Shown here: positions 10,928 through 22,439 of the stretch, piece by piece
How positions within the stretch are numbered: position 1 is the stretch's first letter
How the letters are laid out: each line of letters begins with the position of its first letter
Assembly: GCF_001194135.2 (NCBI RefSeq)
Contig: NC_068983.1
Location: forward strand, 137,175,739 to 137,218,921
Direction: 5' to 3'
Length of the DNA stretch: 43,183 nucleotides
Source of the DNA: Octopus bimaculoides
Lineage: Eukaryota
Translations under genes and position numbers: made by a program
Notes under the pieces: generated by a model
What the model was told of the DNA's origin: nothing
What the model saw: the letters and a program-made list of their open reading frames with translations, nothing else
Database searches by the model: none

Positions 10928-11973
10928 TAGATAGTGAACGGGTGTGGTCTCCACTGACCTGACAAATGTTCCCCGAGTTCAAAAGTTTTTGTGAACAGGA
11001 AGCCTGGTGTTTTCGTAGACTGAGGTCGAGTGAATGGCATAAAGAGTGTCGTAAGGCCCTCTTGCTATTCCGGCGCTCGGGCGACGCCAGCGGTGGGTGT
11101 TCCACACAGATTTTATATAGTGGGTTGGTAAAGTCTGAATGCGATGATGGCCTGGGGGTGACTCTAGGTCTCTGGTTTATTTAACTGGACAGCCTGTTTC
11201 ACCGTACATTCGGGTTGAGAACATTGGACAACTTCCAAAAGTCCTTAACCTAGCAATGCTACAGAGGTACCTCGCCCGTTTGGGATAAGCGCCAGTCGCA
11301 AGACACAGTAAGCGCCAGTCGCCGACCTGTCCAAGATGTGGAGGAGACAGGGAAACTGTCCCTCAAGCTATTGTTCAGAGTCCGGAGATATCTGAAATGT
11401 GGGCTTATGCTGAACACCTGTTGTCCGGCGAAGGAAGAGTACAGCTGTCGACAGAGTCAGTTATAAAAATTGACCTACCGGGAGTTTTAACAAACGAAGG
11501 TAAGAATTGTTTTCTCACGGTTGTAGCAATAGCAAAAGTGGCAGTATGGAAGACAAGGATCAAAGGAATTAAGACAGGCAACTTTATCTCTGGCCACAAT
11601 TTACGATCATTTTTTACTTTTCATTTGAAAAGGAAGGTGTGGCTGGAGAAGAGATGTCTGTCGGAGTGTACGTTTCAAAAGAGATGGAAGCATGTTGCAC
11701 GAGTGTTGTGCGTTCAAGGAACCGTGTGAATAGACGGGAAAAAAAAGAACAAAAAAAAGAAGGTATCAGCGATAGATCGGGGCTTGTGGGGTTGGAATGT
11801 GGCCTGATTATCGCTTCATTTGTATTGTCCCTGTATTGTTAATTTCATTCGATTTTTTATATATTTTATTTAATTTTTAAAAGTCATATTTTATGTAAAA
11901 TCATACCAATTTACTGATCCCATCAGTTGTTCTGGCCATTTCTATGTTTAGCCCCCGGTGGGCAATAAAGAAA
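10928..11973 (+). mobile_element. Tx1/L1-clade LINE ORF2 C-terminus plus 3' UTR
   Basis: PTCPRCGGDRETVPQAIVQS (decayed CX2CX8HX4C), then WAYAEHLLS..VAIAKVAVWKTR..LKRKVWLE..FQKRW; ends GCCCCCGGTGGGCAATAAAGAAA. Confidence 0.85.
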
Positions 11974-11975
11974 TT

Positions 11976-12060
11976 GGTATTTCGTCTGTCTTTATGTTCT
12001 GAGTTCAAAGTCCCCCTCCCCCAAAATTTCGGGCCTTGTGACTAGTGTAGAAAAGAATAT
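11976..12060 (+). mobile_element. SINE family A fragment, internally deleted
   Basis: GGTATTTCGTCTGTCTTTATGTTCTGAGTTCAAA joined directly to GTCCCCCTCCCCCAAAATTTCGGGCCTTGTG. Confidence 0.8.
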
Positions 12061-13511
12061 ATTCCCTTTCAGCTTTTAACATCAATAAAATCTCTTCTCA
12101 CACCCATCATATTTTTGCCTTTCTCAACATATCACTTTAAGCTCCGCTTATGTCAACATCTTCTCTACTATTCAAATCTCAAAGTAATGGGATCTCTATA
12201 GACTTGAGTTACAAGGTGACCTTTCTAATAATGGTACCATGATAGAATACACCCGGGACTCTCTGCTAAGCTTTTGACGAATTGAGTAGGGACAATGTAG
12301 GGTAGAGAGGACTCTTTAGACTTTTCAAGGACAGGAAAACTTCTTTTGTGCTGGTTCCATGATAAAGTGCATCCAGTACACTTTGTAGTGATTCGTGATG
12401 GAAAAGACACTCAGTCACAGAAGCCAAACCAAAAACGAGTTCTATGTACAAGACATGTTCCTTTGACCTATCGAGGAGAGCAGAAAATTTTGAATAACAA
12501 CTGATATGGACCTGGACAAACCATTCAATCCATGCCAGAAAAAAGATTTAGAAAGAACTCGTCGTAAAAGAGAGAAAATCTCGTTCAGAGTATTTATATA
12601 TTATCACACACTTTAATAATAAAATACATTTCAACATTATAACGAAATTGAGACATATATATATGTTTCTAACAGAATTATGTCGGTGAAGCCAAACATA
12701 TTCATTATTGTCATCACGCGCGCGCGTAAAGGTGTTTGAAAAGTATATCTCATTGTTGCTCTTTCGTTGTTTCACTGAAACCTAACATGGCATGTTTTTA
12801 CAACTGAATTAAATGCGCCATTTGTAGTTGAGGAACACAGAGCAGCACTGGTTACATGATACGGATCATCGAACGGGTAGTGAGCGTGCCAGTAGGCTAA
12901 CGACTTCGACCACCTGCATCTGTTGGCTTGAATTGCACACGCAAACAGACACAAGCATACACTCACATATATGTGCGCGCGCACACACACAAACACTTTC
13001 ACGCGCTCACACAAAAGATGTGACAATATTTAGCGTTCCTTCACTCCCTCAGCAGTTTCTTTCTTTGATTTAATTCCACCCTAAACATGGGGGGGGGGTT
13101 TAGAGTGGATTTTGAAGGGTAAATAATGTGGTGAAGGAAGGGTAGGAGGATGAGGAAATGCTATAATTACCCATGTAAACAACCAGCCCGGCAATCCTCT
13201 AAACAACACAGAAAAAGACAAACAGGCTGTTGTAGATTGGTTACAATGAATTCATTTAGATTAAGGACATACAAAAGCGCTATTGATTCAATAGATAAAG
13301 GAAGACATCTAATACATTATATTATGTTATATTATACCACCATAATAGCATAGTCTGATGGAACGGGTGGTGGTTTGAAGGTACAATTGACGTAGTATTT
13401 GTATGTATGTTTATGCGAGTGTGTAAACATGTAGAAGTGGAGGTGCCCACGTTTATTTACTGTTTTTAATACATGCACAAGGCGTGACTTTTCTTCGCGA
13501 GAGGAATGTGT

Positions 13512-13600
13512 TAGTCGATTAAATCAACTTCACTGCTTCGGCGGGATTTGATCTCAGATCGTAAAGAGCTGGCAGAAATACTGCAGGATATTTTTTTCTG
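13512..13600 (-). mobile_element. SINE family A, degenerate fragment
   Basis: TAGTCGATT..GGCGGGATTTGATCTCAGATCGTAAAG..GAAATACTGC matches the family core in reverse. Confidence 0.55.
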
Positions 13601-13659
13601 ACACTTTAACAAATCTTCACCTGATTAACATAACGTCACTCACCAATACACCCCATTTT

Positions 13660-15458
13660 AATCCCTGGCTCACAGGCATGCTATCTCCTCTCTTTTCTAC
13701 AATAGACTCTCTGTACCCCCACTCCGCATATATTGTGTTTACCTCCCACCTTGCTCCACACCTTACCTCCGTATTTCAGAAAGTTGACATTTTGGACTTT
13801 TGGTCCTTCACCTGCTACCTTCGAACTGTAGCTGACGTTAAGTTCGTCTTGTTGGAGTTTCAACTTCGGCCCGGGTTGGTATTGACTATGAACTGTTGAA
13901 TTTTTTAACTGTTGGTTGTGGAAGTTGTTACTTTGTTGAATGTTTTGACGAATTTTTATCGTAATTTTGAAACACATAGCTTGTTGGGCGGGCTTGTGGT
14001 TTTTGTTGTTTCACCTCTTGCGTCGGGTGGAGGCGGAAATGCTGGGTGCAGGCGTGCGAAAGAGTGGTAGCTACACAGCAATAGCTGGAAGGGTGAGTGT
14101 AACGAGCGAAACGAGGTTCGAATTGAGTGAAGTTGTTATACCTATTGATGAGCTACGAAAATGTGGGGAATTTGCCGAGGAGGAGGGAGGCAAGGTGAAG
14201 CCGAGCCCTCCTGAAGAGTTTTTGGCAGAGGTGGCAGGGAAAACTGTTGTTTGTAGGACGTTCAACATAAGAGAAGGAAGAATGGAGGTGGCGAAGGGGG
14301 AGGATATCGAGGGGTGTCTGGAGTGTGTTAAGGAGAAGGTGACTTTTTACACCCGTGGAAGGAGGTTCGGTGCAGTGGAGGTGAGATTCGTCTCCGCAGA
14401 GGAAGCAGTGGGGAGCTCCACTATACCTGTTGGAAGTGAGGAGTGGAAGCTCCTGCTAACGTGCGCTTGGGTAGAAGAATAGCTAGAGTAAAGGTTGGCA
14501 GGATTCCTCCGGAAATGAAGGAAGAATGGATAGCTGCGGCAGTCCTATCAACTACAAAAGAAGAGCCCAGCATTGTGTCAGCTACAAGAACGCAGAAACT
14601 AAACATATGGGGATACGGCCTCGAGTTGTTGCTACAGATAACTCTGGTCGACAAGAAAACTAAATGTTACACTTAGGTGAGACCCCTCACTTGCTACGGA
14701 TGTGGACAGAAGGGGCACATAAAAAAGAAGTGCCCCCTAAGTACAACTGAACCAAACAACGAGGAAGTAATCACGTCGGAGCACGAGGGTGCAGCAGAGA
14801 CAGAAGAGATAAGTGAAGTGGAACCAACAGACACCGAGAGTGAGTTCACCCAAATTACCAGAAAGAGAGGTAAGGGTAACTCGTCCCCGAAAGCTGCCAA
14901 AAAGAAGAGTAAAAAGACCCCCCAAAATAGCAGAGACAGAAAGTGACACAACACAGCAAAGCAACAAAGGGCTCCCAGCGTGCAGCAAAAGAAAGAATAG
15001 CAGACCACGGAATGGAAGGTAGAATATATTCTAATATACAAACCAAATGAAGAGATTGGGAGAACTATAGACAGATTTAAAGAAGTAACAAGAATAACGG
15101 TATCTGGATTCCAAAATAAAAGTACCTTAGGAAACATGAAGAGGTTTAATTTTTTGAAAAAATATCATGGAGATAACATTAAGATAACACCAGAGAGGGT
15201 GACGTAAAAATATCTTCCCCCAGTGGTAAGATATGAGGATATAGACGAGGATATGGTAACATGGGTTACAGACTGATAATTAATTGAACTGTAAAGAACA
15301 ATAAAAGCGATTGCTTGAGGGTGGGGCTCAAGCAAGGACGTCCATCCTCATTTTGTACAATTATCATTTTCATTCATTGTTATATGTTTTATATCCCCAC
15401 TTGTCTGTCCTTGTACTGTCCCTATCTGCGTTTGGGCCCTTAGTGGCTAATAAAGAAA
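13660..15458 (+). mobile_element. ORF1-only (gag-like, CCHC) Tx1/L1-type non-autonomous retroelement, decayed
   Basis: Frameshifted ORF 14039-14946: ..RGRRFGAVEVRF..LGRRIARVKVGRIPPE..RPLTCYGCGQKGHIKKKC (CX2CX4HX4C at 14692-14733) and a basic tail; then ~500 bp without endonuclease/RT motifs, ending GCCCTTAGTGGCTAATAAAGAAA. 5' boundary approximate. Confidence 0.8.
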
Positions 15459-15853
15459 GAGACCTGTAACTGATCAAGACTAACGTTAACTGTAACGATC
15501 TCACCGGTTTCGAAGGTCTTGTGGTACTTAAATTAGACGCTGGTGCTCCCTCGAGACCGATGTAAGCTCACAAGGAGGACAGCAAATATTAACCGGGGAA
15601 CAGGGTGTTTAGAAAAATCGTGGTTTTTCCGAGACAAACTATTTAAACCAGGCTTAATGCTATACGAAAACACGAAAAAAAAAAAATGAACAAGACGTGT
15701 TATCGGCGAAGAAAACATGATTGATGATGGACCAAGGCCCAATATAATTTTATCTTTATATCGAACTTAACATGAATATTGTGTTAGAACATCCATGTTA
15801 AGTTATATATAAAAATTGCCTTTTGATATTAATATTGCTTATATCGCTATTAA

Positions 15854-16130
15854 TCCATAAAGCGCTGGGATTTGCACGTACATAGCATGGACTGCTGAGC
15901 ACATTTTATGAAAATGAGACTACCATATATGCATAAAAAACAGTTTTACATCATCTGAAAAGTCATTAGTTGAACTATTAGTCCTCTTGCATTTTGAAGA
16001 GTATCGGAGCGTTTGAATGACATTAGACCCCAACAAACGCCCATAAATTAAATGCATCTATCTGGGCTACGATCGTGGCCTGTTGACCTGTGCCTCACGA
16101 CCACGATCGTGGTCCGTCACGCTTTATGCG
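15854..16130. mobile_element. piggyBac-like MITE
   Basis: TTAA at 15850-15853 and 16131-16134; imperfect TIR TTAA-TC-CATAAAGCG / CGCTTTATG-CG-TTAA. Confidence 0.5.
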
Positions 16131-16144
16131 TTAATTATTTTTGT

Positions 16145-17790
16145 TATATACAGGCCCTTGCCTTTTGAAATAATTTCCATAAAACTTTTACATACTGGAT
16201 ACTGGATGGTTTCCGTGTTGAAGCTCCTAGGAGCTTGTTCACAGGTCCTTTTCCACTAGTACAATTAATTTGTCCTGTGTGGTACAACACTTCAACAGTT
16301 ATAGCTAATAGTAACAGGGTGAAATTTTGCAGGAAGCTCCCTCCAATGTACGTCAAGCCTGTTCTTGAAGGCATTGACTGATGGAGCTGCGACCACACTG
16401 TTTGGCAGACTGTTCCAGGCGGCGGTCACACGCTGTACGAAAAAGCAGCTTCTAATGTTGAGCCTGCAGTGTGATCTTTCCAATTTCAGGCTATGTTCTC
16501 TCGTATTTCTACCTTGGAAGTAGTTGAATTAGGGGCGGTTGGTCAGGTACAGGCTGTGCGTATACTTATACATGTTGATCATATTCCCCCTGAGACGGCG
16601 ATGTTCGAGACTAGGCAGGTTTAGTGCAGCCAAGCGCTCTGGGTGTGGCTTTTCTTTCAAGGATGCAATGAGTTTGGTGGCACGCCTCTGAACATCCTCC
16701 AACTCGCAACACATTGCCTTATGCCGGGGTTGCCAAACTGTGTATCCATATTCAAGAATCGGGCGAACTAGAGACTTGTGCAGCTGTACGAAGACAAAAG
16801 GGATGATGAAGTCAAATGATCGTCGGATGACTCCAAGGATTCGATTTGCTTTTGAAGTTGCTTGGTTTATGTGGTTCTTGAAGGTCAGTCCTTTGTCGAT
16901 CAAGACGCCAAGATCCCCCTCCACCTCACTTTCTGCTAGTTCCACCACAGTCCGTTCCCCCTGTGCATCTTAGACTCTCATGTAGTATTTCCCGTCCGTC
17001 TTCGGGTTCCCCACTCTCAAGACGGAACACTTCTCAGGATGGAACAGCATTTGCCAGTTCATCGACCACTCGTGAAGGCGATCCATGTCATCTTAAGGTC
17101 ACATCAACGTCATTCCTTGCGAAGATCTTTGTGTCGTCAGCAAATAACCTAACGTGGCTCTGGACATGCCGAGGCAGGTCGTTTCTATACATGAGAAACA
17201 GTACTGGGCCAATGACACTGCCTTGTGGGATGCCACTTGTCACCTCTCCCCTCTCTGACTTCACGCCGTTGACACAGACTCGTTGTGACCGGTGGCTCAA
17301 GAAGTCCCGGATCCACTGAAGGACATTTCCCTGATACCGTGAGCTTCTACTTTGGCTACAAGCCTACGATGTGGGACGCTGTCGAACGCTTTCATGTAAT
17401 CCCTGCATCCAAGGCCTCCGTCCAGATGTCAAGAACGTCAAGCAGTTGCGTCACACATGGTTTCCCCTTTGTGAACCCAAGCTGTTCTTGGTTGATGAGG
17501 TCATTTCGCCGCATGTGTTCAATTATGTGCTCATGAACAAGCACCTACATCACCTTGCACAGTACGCAGTTCAAGCTTACTGGCTTGGTAGTTGTTGACC
17601 GCAAAACGGCTCCCTTTCTTGAATATGGGGGTGACGTTAGCAGTTCTCCACTCGTCTGGGATTTTGCTTGACTCCATTGATTTTCTGTAAACAATCGTGA
17701 TTGGCAGAGCGAGTACATCCGATAGCTCGGAAAGTATGGGTTGATTCCAACCGGTTCTGGAGCCTTGGCAATCTTCTAGGGGTACGAGTG
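16145..17790 (-). mobile_element. CR1-clade LINE, 5'-truncated ORF2 (RT domain) plus 3' UTR, frameshifted
   Basis: IPDEWRTANVTPIFKKG..QRVCVNG..SGIPQGSVIGPVLF..LFADDTKI (17133-17144)..DLGVLIDKGLTF..KSLVRPILEY..LEDVQRRATKL..FFVQRVTAAWNSLP..FKNRLD. Confidence 0.97.
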
Positions 17791-17974
17791 AACACAAATA
17801 TCCCAAACAGCGACATATACTTGGTAGGATAGTTTAAGAAAGTATAAATAATAAACAAGTGCGCAAAATTCCTTTTGTTTGATAAAAATAAACTGCTTTT
17901 AGGAGGAGGGAGCGTTTGTAAAAACGTCATTCCTTGAAAGGGGAGACTAAATTAGAAAACGTTGAGAACCACTG
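17790..17974. mobile_element. hAT(Charlie)-type MITE, one end only
   Basis: Ends GTTGAGAACCACTG (= CAGTGGTTCTCAAC); opposite end not found. Confidence 0.45.
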
Positions 17975-18148
17975 TAGAACAAGCCAATGACAAAAATATG
18001 AGTGTCTTGTATTTAAGTCCTTATGGATGTATGAATAAGAACAAAGGCATGACTGAATGGTTAAGAATTTCGTTTCCCAGTCCCGTGATTCTAAGTTCGT
18101 TCTCACTTTGCAACACATCCAAAAAGTTGCCTCAAGTCGACCTCTGTG

Positions 18149-18290
18149 CACTAGCGTAGCTGGGGGGGGGGCAGTCCGCCCCGGGCGGCACTTTTCATCC
18201 TGTTGTAGGCTATTGCTGTAGGCAATGTATTTTTTGTAGGGTCCAGGGGCGGCAAACGGAAGGGCCGCACACACTCTAGCTACGCTAGTG
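18149..18290. mobile_element. hAT-like MITE (142 bp)
   Basis: Perfect 13-bp TIR CACTAGCGTAGCT/AGCTACGCTAGTG; flanks CCTCTGTG vs CCTGTGTT (6/8, decayed 8-bp TSD). Confidence 0.8.
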
Positions 18291-18724
18291 CCTGTGTTGG
18301 AAAATGGGGAGACGTATATGTGTGAAAATCCTTCGGATATGGGCTGTACTTATAATCCAGAGGACCGTCTTGTATCTCACCGTTGTAAACAACAGCAGCA
18401 CTAAATCTGACAAGAGTTTCCGTTGATTCAGCAGCTAAATTCTAAGTCTTCCAGTGGCTCTAGAAAAAGCTATAAGAAATCACACCAGTGAACCGCTGAA
18501 GAACAGATCTTCAATAGTGCCGCCACAACGATGTTTACAGAAGCCATCCCTAAACTGAACAATAGCAGTGCTTACAGAGATAGAATATCTCTCCATTTTT
18601 CACTTTTTTCCCCTTTATAAACACTATTGACACAGGTTTTCGTAGAAACCTCATCGACAGTACATATCAGTGGAAAACTGGTGGGTTTATGTATTTTATT
18701 GTCCCTGATCGTTGTTCATACTTG

Positions 18725-18925
18725 GTTTTAATTGAAGCGGAAAACCAGCTGTTTTGAGGAGAGCGGCTGGTTAATATTCTGTCGATATCCTCGACTCCAG
18801 TACTTAACTGGTATTTAATATTATCGAGCCTGGAAAATGAAAGATAAAGTTCATTTCGAAAGCATTTGAACTCAGAACATAACGAACCGGATCAAATACC
18901 ACAAAGCATTTTGTTCGGCATTCTA
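18725..18925 (-). mobile_element. SINE family A, degenerate
   Basis: Reverse core ATTTGAACTCAGAACATAA..CAAATACCACAAAGCATTTTG. Confidence 0.7.
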
Positions 18926-18959
18926 TTAATAATGTTAAGGGCAATGGATTGAGAGATTA

Positions 18960-19150
18960 TTAGAGCGTCGAACAAAATGCTTTGCGGTATTAGTTCCGGT
19001 TTTTTATGTCCTGGTTTCAAATCCGGTCAAGGCTAATTACGCCGGCATTTACATCCCTTCAGGGTCAGTAAAATAGTATCAGTCAAGCACTGAGGTCAAT
19101 GGTATCGTCTAACCTCCTACGTGTCTTGTGCTTAATTTAGAAACAATAAT
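18960..19150 (+). mobile_element. SINE family A, degenerate
   Basis: CAAAATGCTTTGCGGTATT..TTCAAATCC..CATCCCTTCAGGGTCAGTAAAATAGTATCAG. Confidence 0.7.
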
Positions 19151-19229
19151 TCTAAATAACTTAGATCTACTTTCGATTATGTGGTTATATTTATAGATTT
19201 ATTCCATTTCAGTTATTAATTTTTGCTAG

Positions 19230-19341
19230 AGATTTATCATTTAAAGGAGAGCAAAGGATGGCAAACTCAACTCAGCTAAAGTTTACTTCCACTCCACCAC
19301 GGAAAAAATTACTTGAGAAGGCACAACAGAATCTTATCTCA
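19230..19341 (+). CDS. Candidate internal coding exon (unidentified)
   Basis: TTAATTTTTGCTAG| ... TCA|GTGAGT, open frame DLSFKGEQRMANSTQLKFTSTPPRKKLLEKAQQNLIS (entry phase 2, exit phase 0), in unique sequence; no homology recognised. Confidence 0.3.
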
Positions 19342-20399
19342 GTGAGTCGGGACCACATTTCATCTTTCTCAGCTGAATGGAATGTGCCTGGTATTCCGTC
19401 AGATTTGACAGGCTGACTATAAAATGTTTACTATCAGTTTCTCGGTGTACTTGCCAGTTTCTTTCTCCCAAGCGCGCTCACACACGAACACGCTCTCTCT
19501 CTCTCCCCCCACTTCTTTTTCTTTTTTCTCTTACCTTCTCTCTCTGTCATCTCAGCATTTTTCAGATTAATGACCTCCCTTGCTCATCGCTCCCCTCCCA
19601 TCAAATCTAGTCTGAATATCAAATTAACCCTCCCTCTCATTTCCTAATTAATCTTTTTTATAGGGAATTTTATTGTCAAACGCTGAAGTGAAAAATTAAC
19701 ACTTACACACACACATTCTAGTCTGTGACATGTTGGGAGTGAGTGTTGTAGAAATCCCAGCGACCAGATTTCTGCTTTCAGTTAAATCCAGTTCAGCTCA
19801 TTTTACTCTTAATGTCAATGATTTCTTACTTTGACATCATGCCATTAAACATGCTGGGAAAAGAGCACTGTTGATTAATCGATAGTATATGACCGAGTGA
19901 CTGGTAGTTATTTTATCTACAAAGAGATGAAAAGCGAAATCAAACCTGATTGGATTTAAAACTTCTGAGTGTTGAAGCTAAGATTCTAAAATACTGCCAA
20001 GCCAGTGTTAATGTTCTGAGAGAAAACATACACGTTAGATTCCTTGTAACTTTATAACTTTGAGTCTAAGTTTTAAAAAATAAATAAAAAAATAAGAATA
20101 TTTGTTAAAAATAGTAATTCCTATTCTGTAAGTTGATTCCCGGCGATATTTGAAGTCAGAACACAAATAAATGAAATTAAGCATTATAAGCTAATTCAAC
20201 CTTTTATTGTAAGATAGGTTTCGTGAAACTGGGTAAAATAGAATATACAGTTCAGAGAAACGTCAAATAGGGGTTGATCCCTTTTGTCAATTTGACCGAG
20301 TTCTCACTTCGGTACAAGGCCACCAATTTAGTTATTTATTTAAATAAGTCAGTCAAATGAAAAGTGTCAATGACTTTTGTGATGGGTCAATGCTTACAG

Positions 20400-21110
20400 G
20401 AAAAATGTGGGCGAGCAAGGAATTACAGATGGTTACAATCTCTAGGAGGAAATGACTAAAAAAACTGTTTAGTATGAAGTCTGGAAAATATTAAAAAAAA
20501 GCTGGGATGACAAGAAAAGGAGAGACAAGTAAGTGGAACGTACCTGAGTGAGAGGCTGTGTAGTTTAGTTAGTTCGGATGTTGCAATGGATAGAGGAAGT
20601 GGAGCAGTGGTTAAAGTATATAAATGAAATGTTGTGGTTGAGTTGCTAAGTAGAAACTGCTTAAAGATAAATTAGGGGTGGTAGTAAGTTTTAGCTGTCA
20701 AATATCTCCCTATTCAACTATAATTCAAACTGCCTCATGGTCCCAGCAGACAAAATGGAAAAAGTGTTGTCTTGGAGGATGGCGAGGGAGTTGCATTGCA
20801 ACAGCCACTCTGACTTACGGAGCTCGCACTTGCGGATAGCCATCTCTGCTCCGACAGATGTCAGAGGGCGAGATACTATGACAGTTTACTTTTCTCAACC
20901 TGACGAGCAGCGGAGCTAGGGCTAGTAGTTGAACACACTAAGATGTCGACAGAGAAAGTGTCACAGCATGTGACATCTCAGATGAGGGATCTACAGCCAC
21001 GAAACGGAAAAATTGTTACATCGTCAGGCCTTTTACTGTCCTCTTTTGGTGGCTAGAGCTGGGAAAGGAAGCCTGCAACGTCTAGGCCATGCTAGAAAAA
21101 GCAAATATAA
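20400..21110 (-). mobile_element. Highly degenerate LINE-like remnant
   Basis: Strand asymmetry (C/A-rich minus strand) like 22440-24355; no intact motif. Confidence 0.3.
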
Positions 21111-21120
21111 AAAAATAGAG

Positions 21121-21349
21121 CAGTGATTCCCAACGTAGAACATATACTCCATCGGTGAAGCCTGGGAAAATTGTGGGATCCAAAATTTTTTTTTTGTTTT
21201 TTAATGGGACATAGAATTGGGAAATTTTCTTCTTTTTTTTTTCACAGCAAATATACTACACCTATACGTTTTTTCCAGACACCGGTGGGGCATACATTTT
21301 TCTGGAAAATTATAGTGGGGCCTGAGGGAAAATAGGTTGGGAAACACTG
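21121..21349. mobile_element. hAT(Charlie)-type MITE (229 bp)
   Basis: TIR CAGTGATTCCCAAC / GTTGGGAAACACTG (13/14); 8-bp TSD AAATAGAG vs AAGTAGAG with central TA. Confidence 0.85.
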
Positions 21350-22190
21350 AAGTAGAGCGTCTGTGAACCAGTATTGCAGTTAGTGAGTGAATTATGGAGA
21401 GTCAGTCGACAATCTATCAACACTGCTGTACTCTCAGGGTCTGGTACTATCTAGTGGATTCCGCCTAAGATGTCTGTGTTTGTAGAAGTATCATTGTATC
21501 AAGTATATGAGCAACGAACTCCGATGTGAATTTTAGTAGAGCTCAACAGTTTATTGGGACTGAAATATTCCCTGGTCCTTAAAAAATTACATATGTCTTT
21601 GGCGAAATTATATATATAAGATGGCTATGGAAGATTTACAGAGTTTGAATCTTAGAATTTATAGCAACTTTGAAGGTTTTGGTTGTGTTGCTCATGAAAA
21701 GAAACAGTGACGTATTATATAAGTCTATTTCTTTCTGACGTTTAGTAATCGTGCTTTTGTGCTGTTGTAAGTTATCATCATGTCTTCATTTAAGAATGTT
21801 CTCAAGGTCATTGTTTATGGAGGTAATGCATCTGATGTGCGCTGTTGGTTGCAAATAAACGACATCTGTATGCAGACAGGAAGAATTGAACGATGATATC
21901 ATTTGCACATGAATGTGTGTTTAGAGAGAACAGTAAATAGATTCAATAACGTACAGTAAAATGACTGTGAGGGATAGTACCAGACCCTGAGAGTACAGTA
22001 GTGTTGATAGATTGTGGGATAGAAAGCCCCATTGACACATGCTGTAATGATACGGTCTTACAGAAAGTTACCGTTCCAAGACATTAAAGACATATGGAGA
22101 CTATAGTTATATGGCTTAGCAAAAAGATTTTTCTGTTAGGTACGGTTAAAAGCTTTACTGATGATGAGTTAACAATATTACTATCGTTGA

Positions 22191-22406
22191 AAAGGTGGCG
22201 AAACTGGCAGAATCGTTAACGCGCCGGGAAAAATGCCTAGCGGCATTTCGTCCATTTTTATGTTCTGAGCTCAAATGCCACCGACTTTGTCATTCATCCA
22301 CTCGGGGTCGATAAAATAAGTACCATTTAAGTACTGGAGTCGATGTAATCGACTTACGCCCTTGCCTGAAATTGCTGGTCTTGTGCCAAAATTTGAAACC
22401 AATATT
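22191..22406 (+). mobile_element. SINE family A, near full length
   Basis: AAGGTGGCGAAACTGGCAGAATCGTTAACGCGCCGGG..; CAATATTACT occurs on both sides (probable TSD). Confidence 0.9.
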
Positions 22407-22439
22407 ACTTTTCACAGAACTTCTGGATGGCAAGAGACT

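Noticed and set aside
13967-14946. Host zinc-knuckle gene or LTR gag with a signal peptide
   Set aside because: Frameshifted and intronless, with no LTR/PBS; the hydrophobic N-terminus comes from a non-ATG start in GT-rich UTR; the 3' end is LINE-like.
15764-15804. 11-bp perfect hairpin AACTTAACATG/CATGTTAAGTT as a pre-miRNA
   Set aside because: Stem too short and AT-rich, with a 19-nt loop; no other support.
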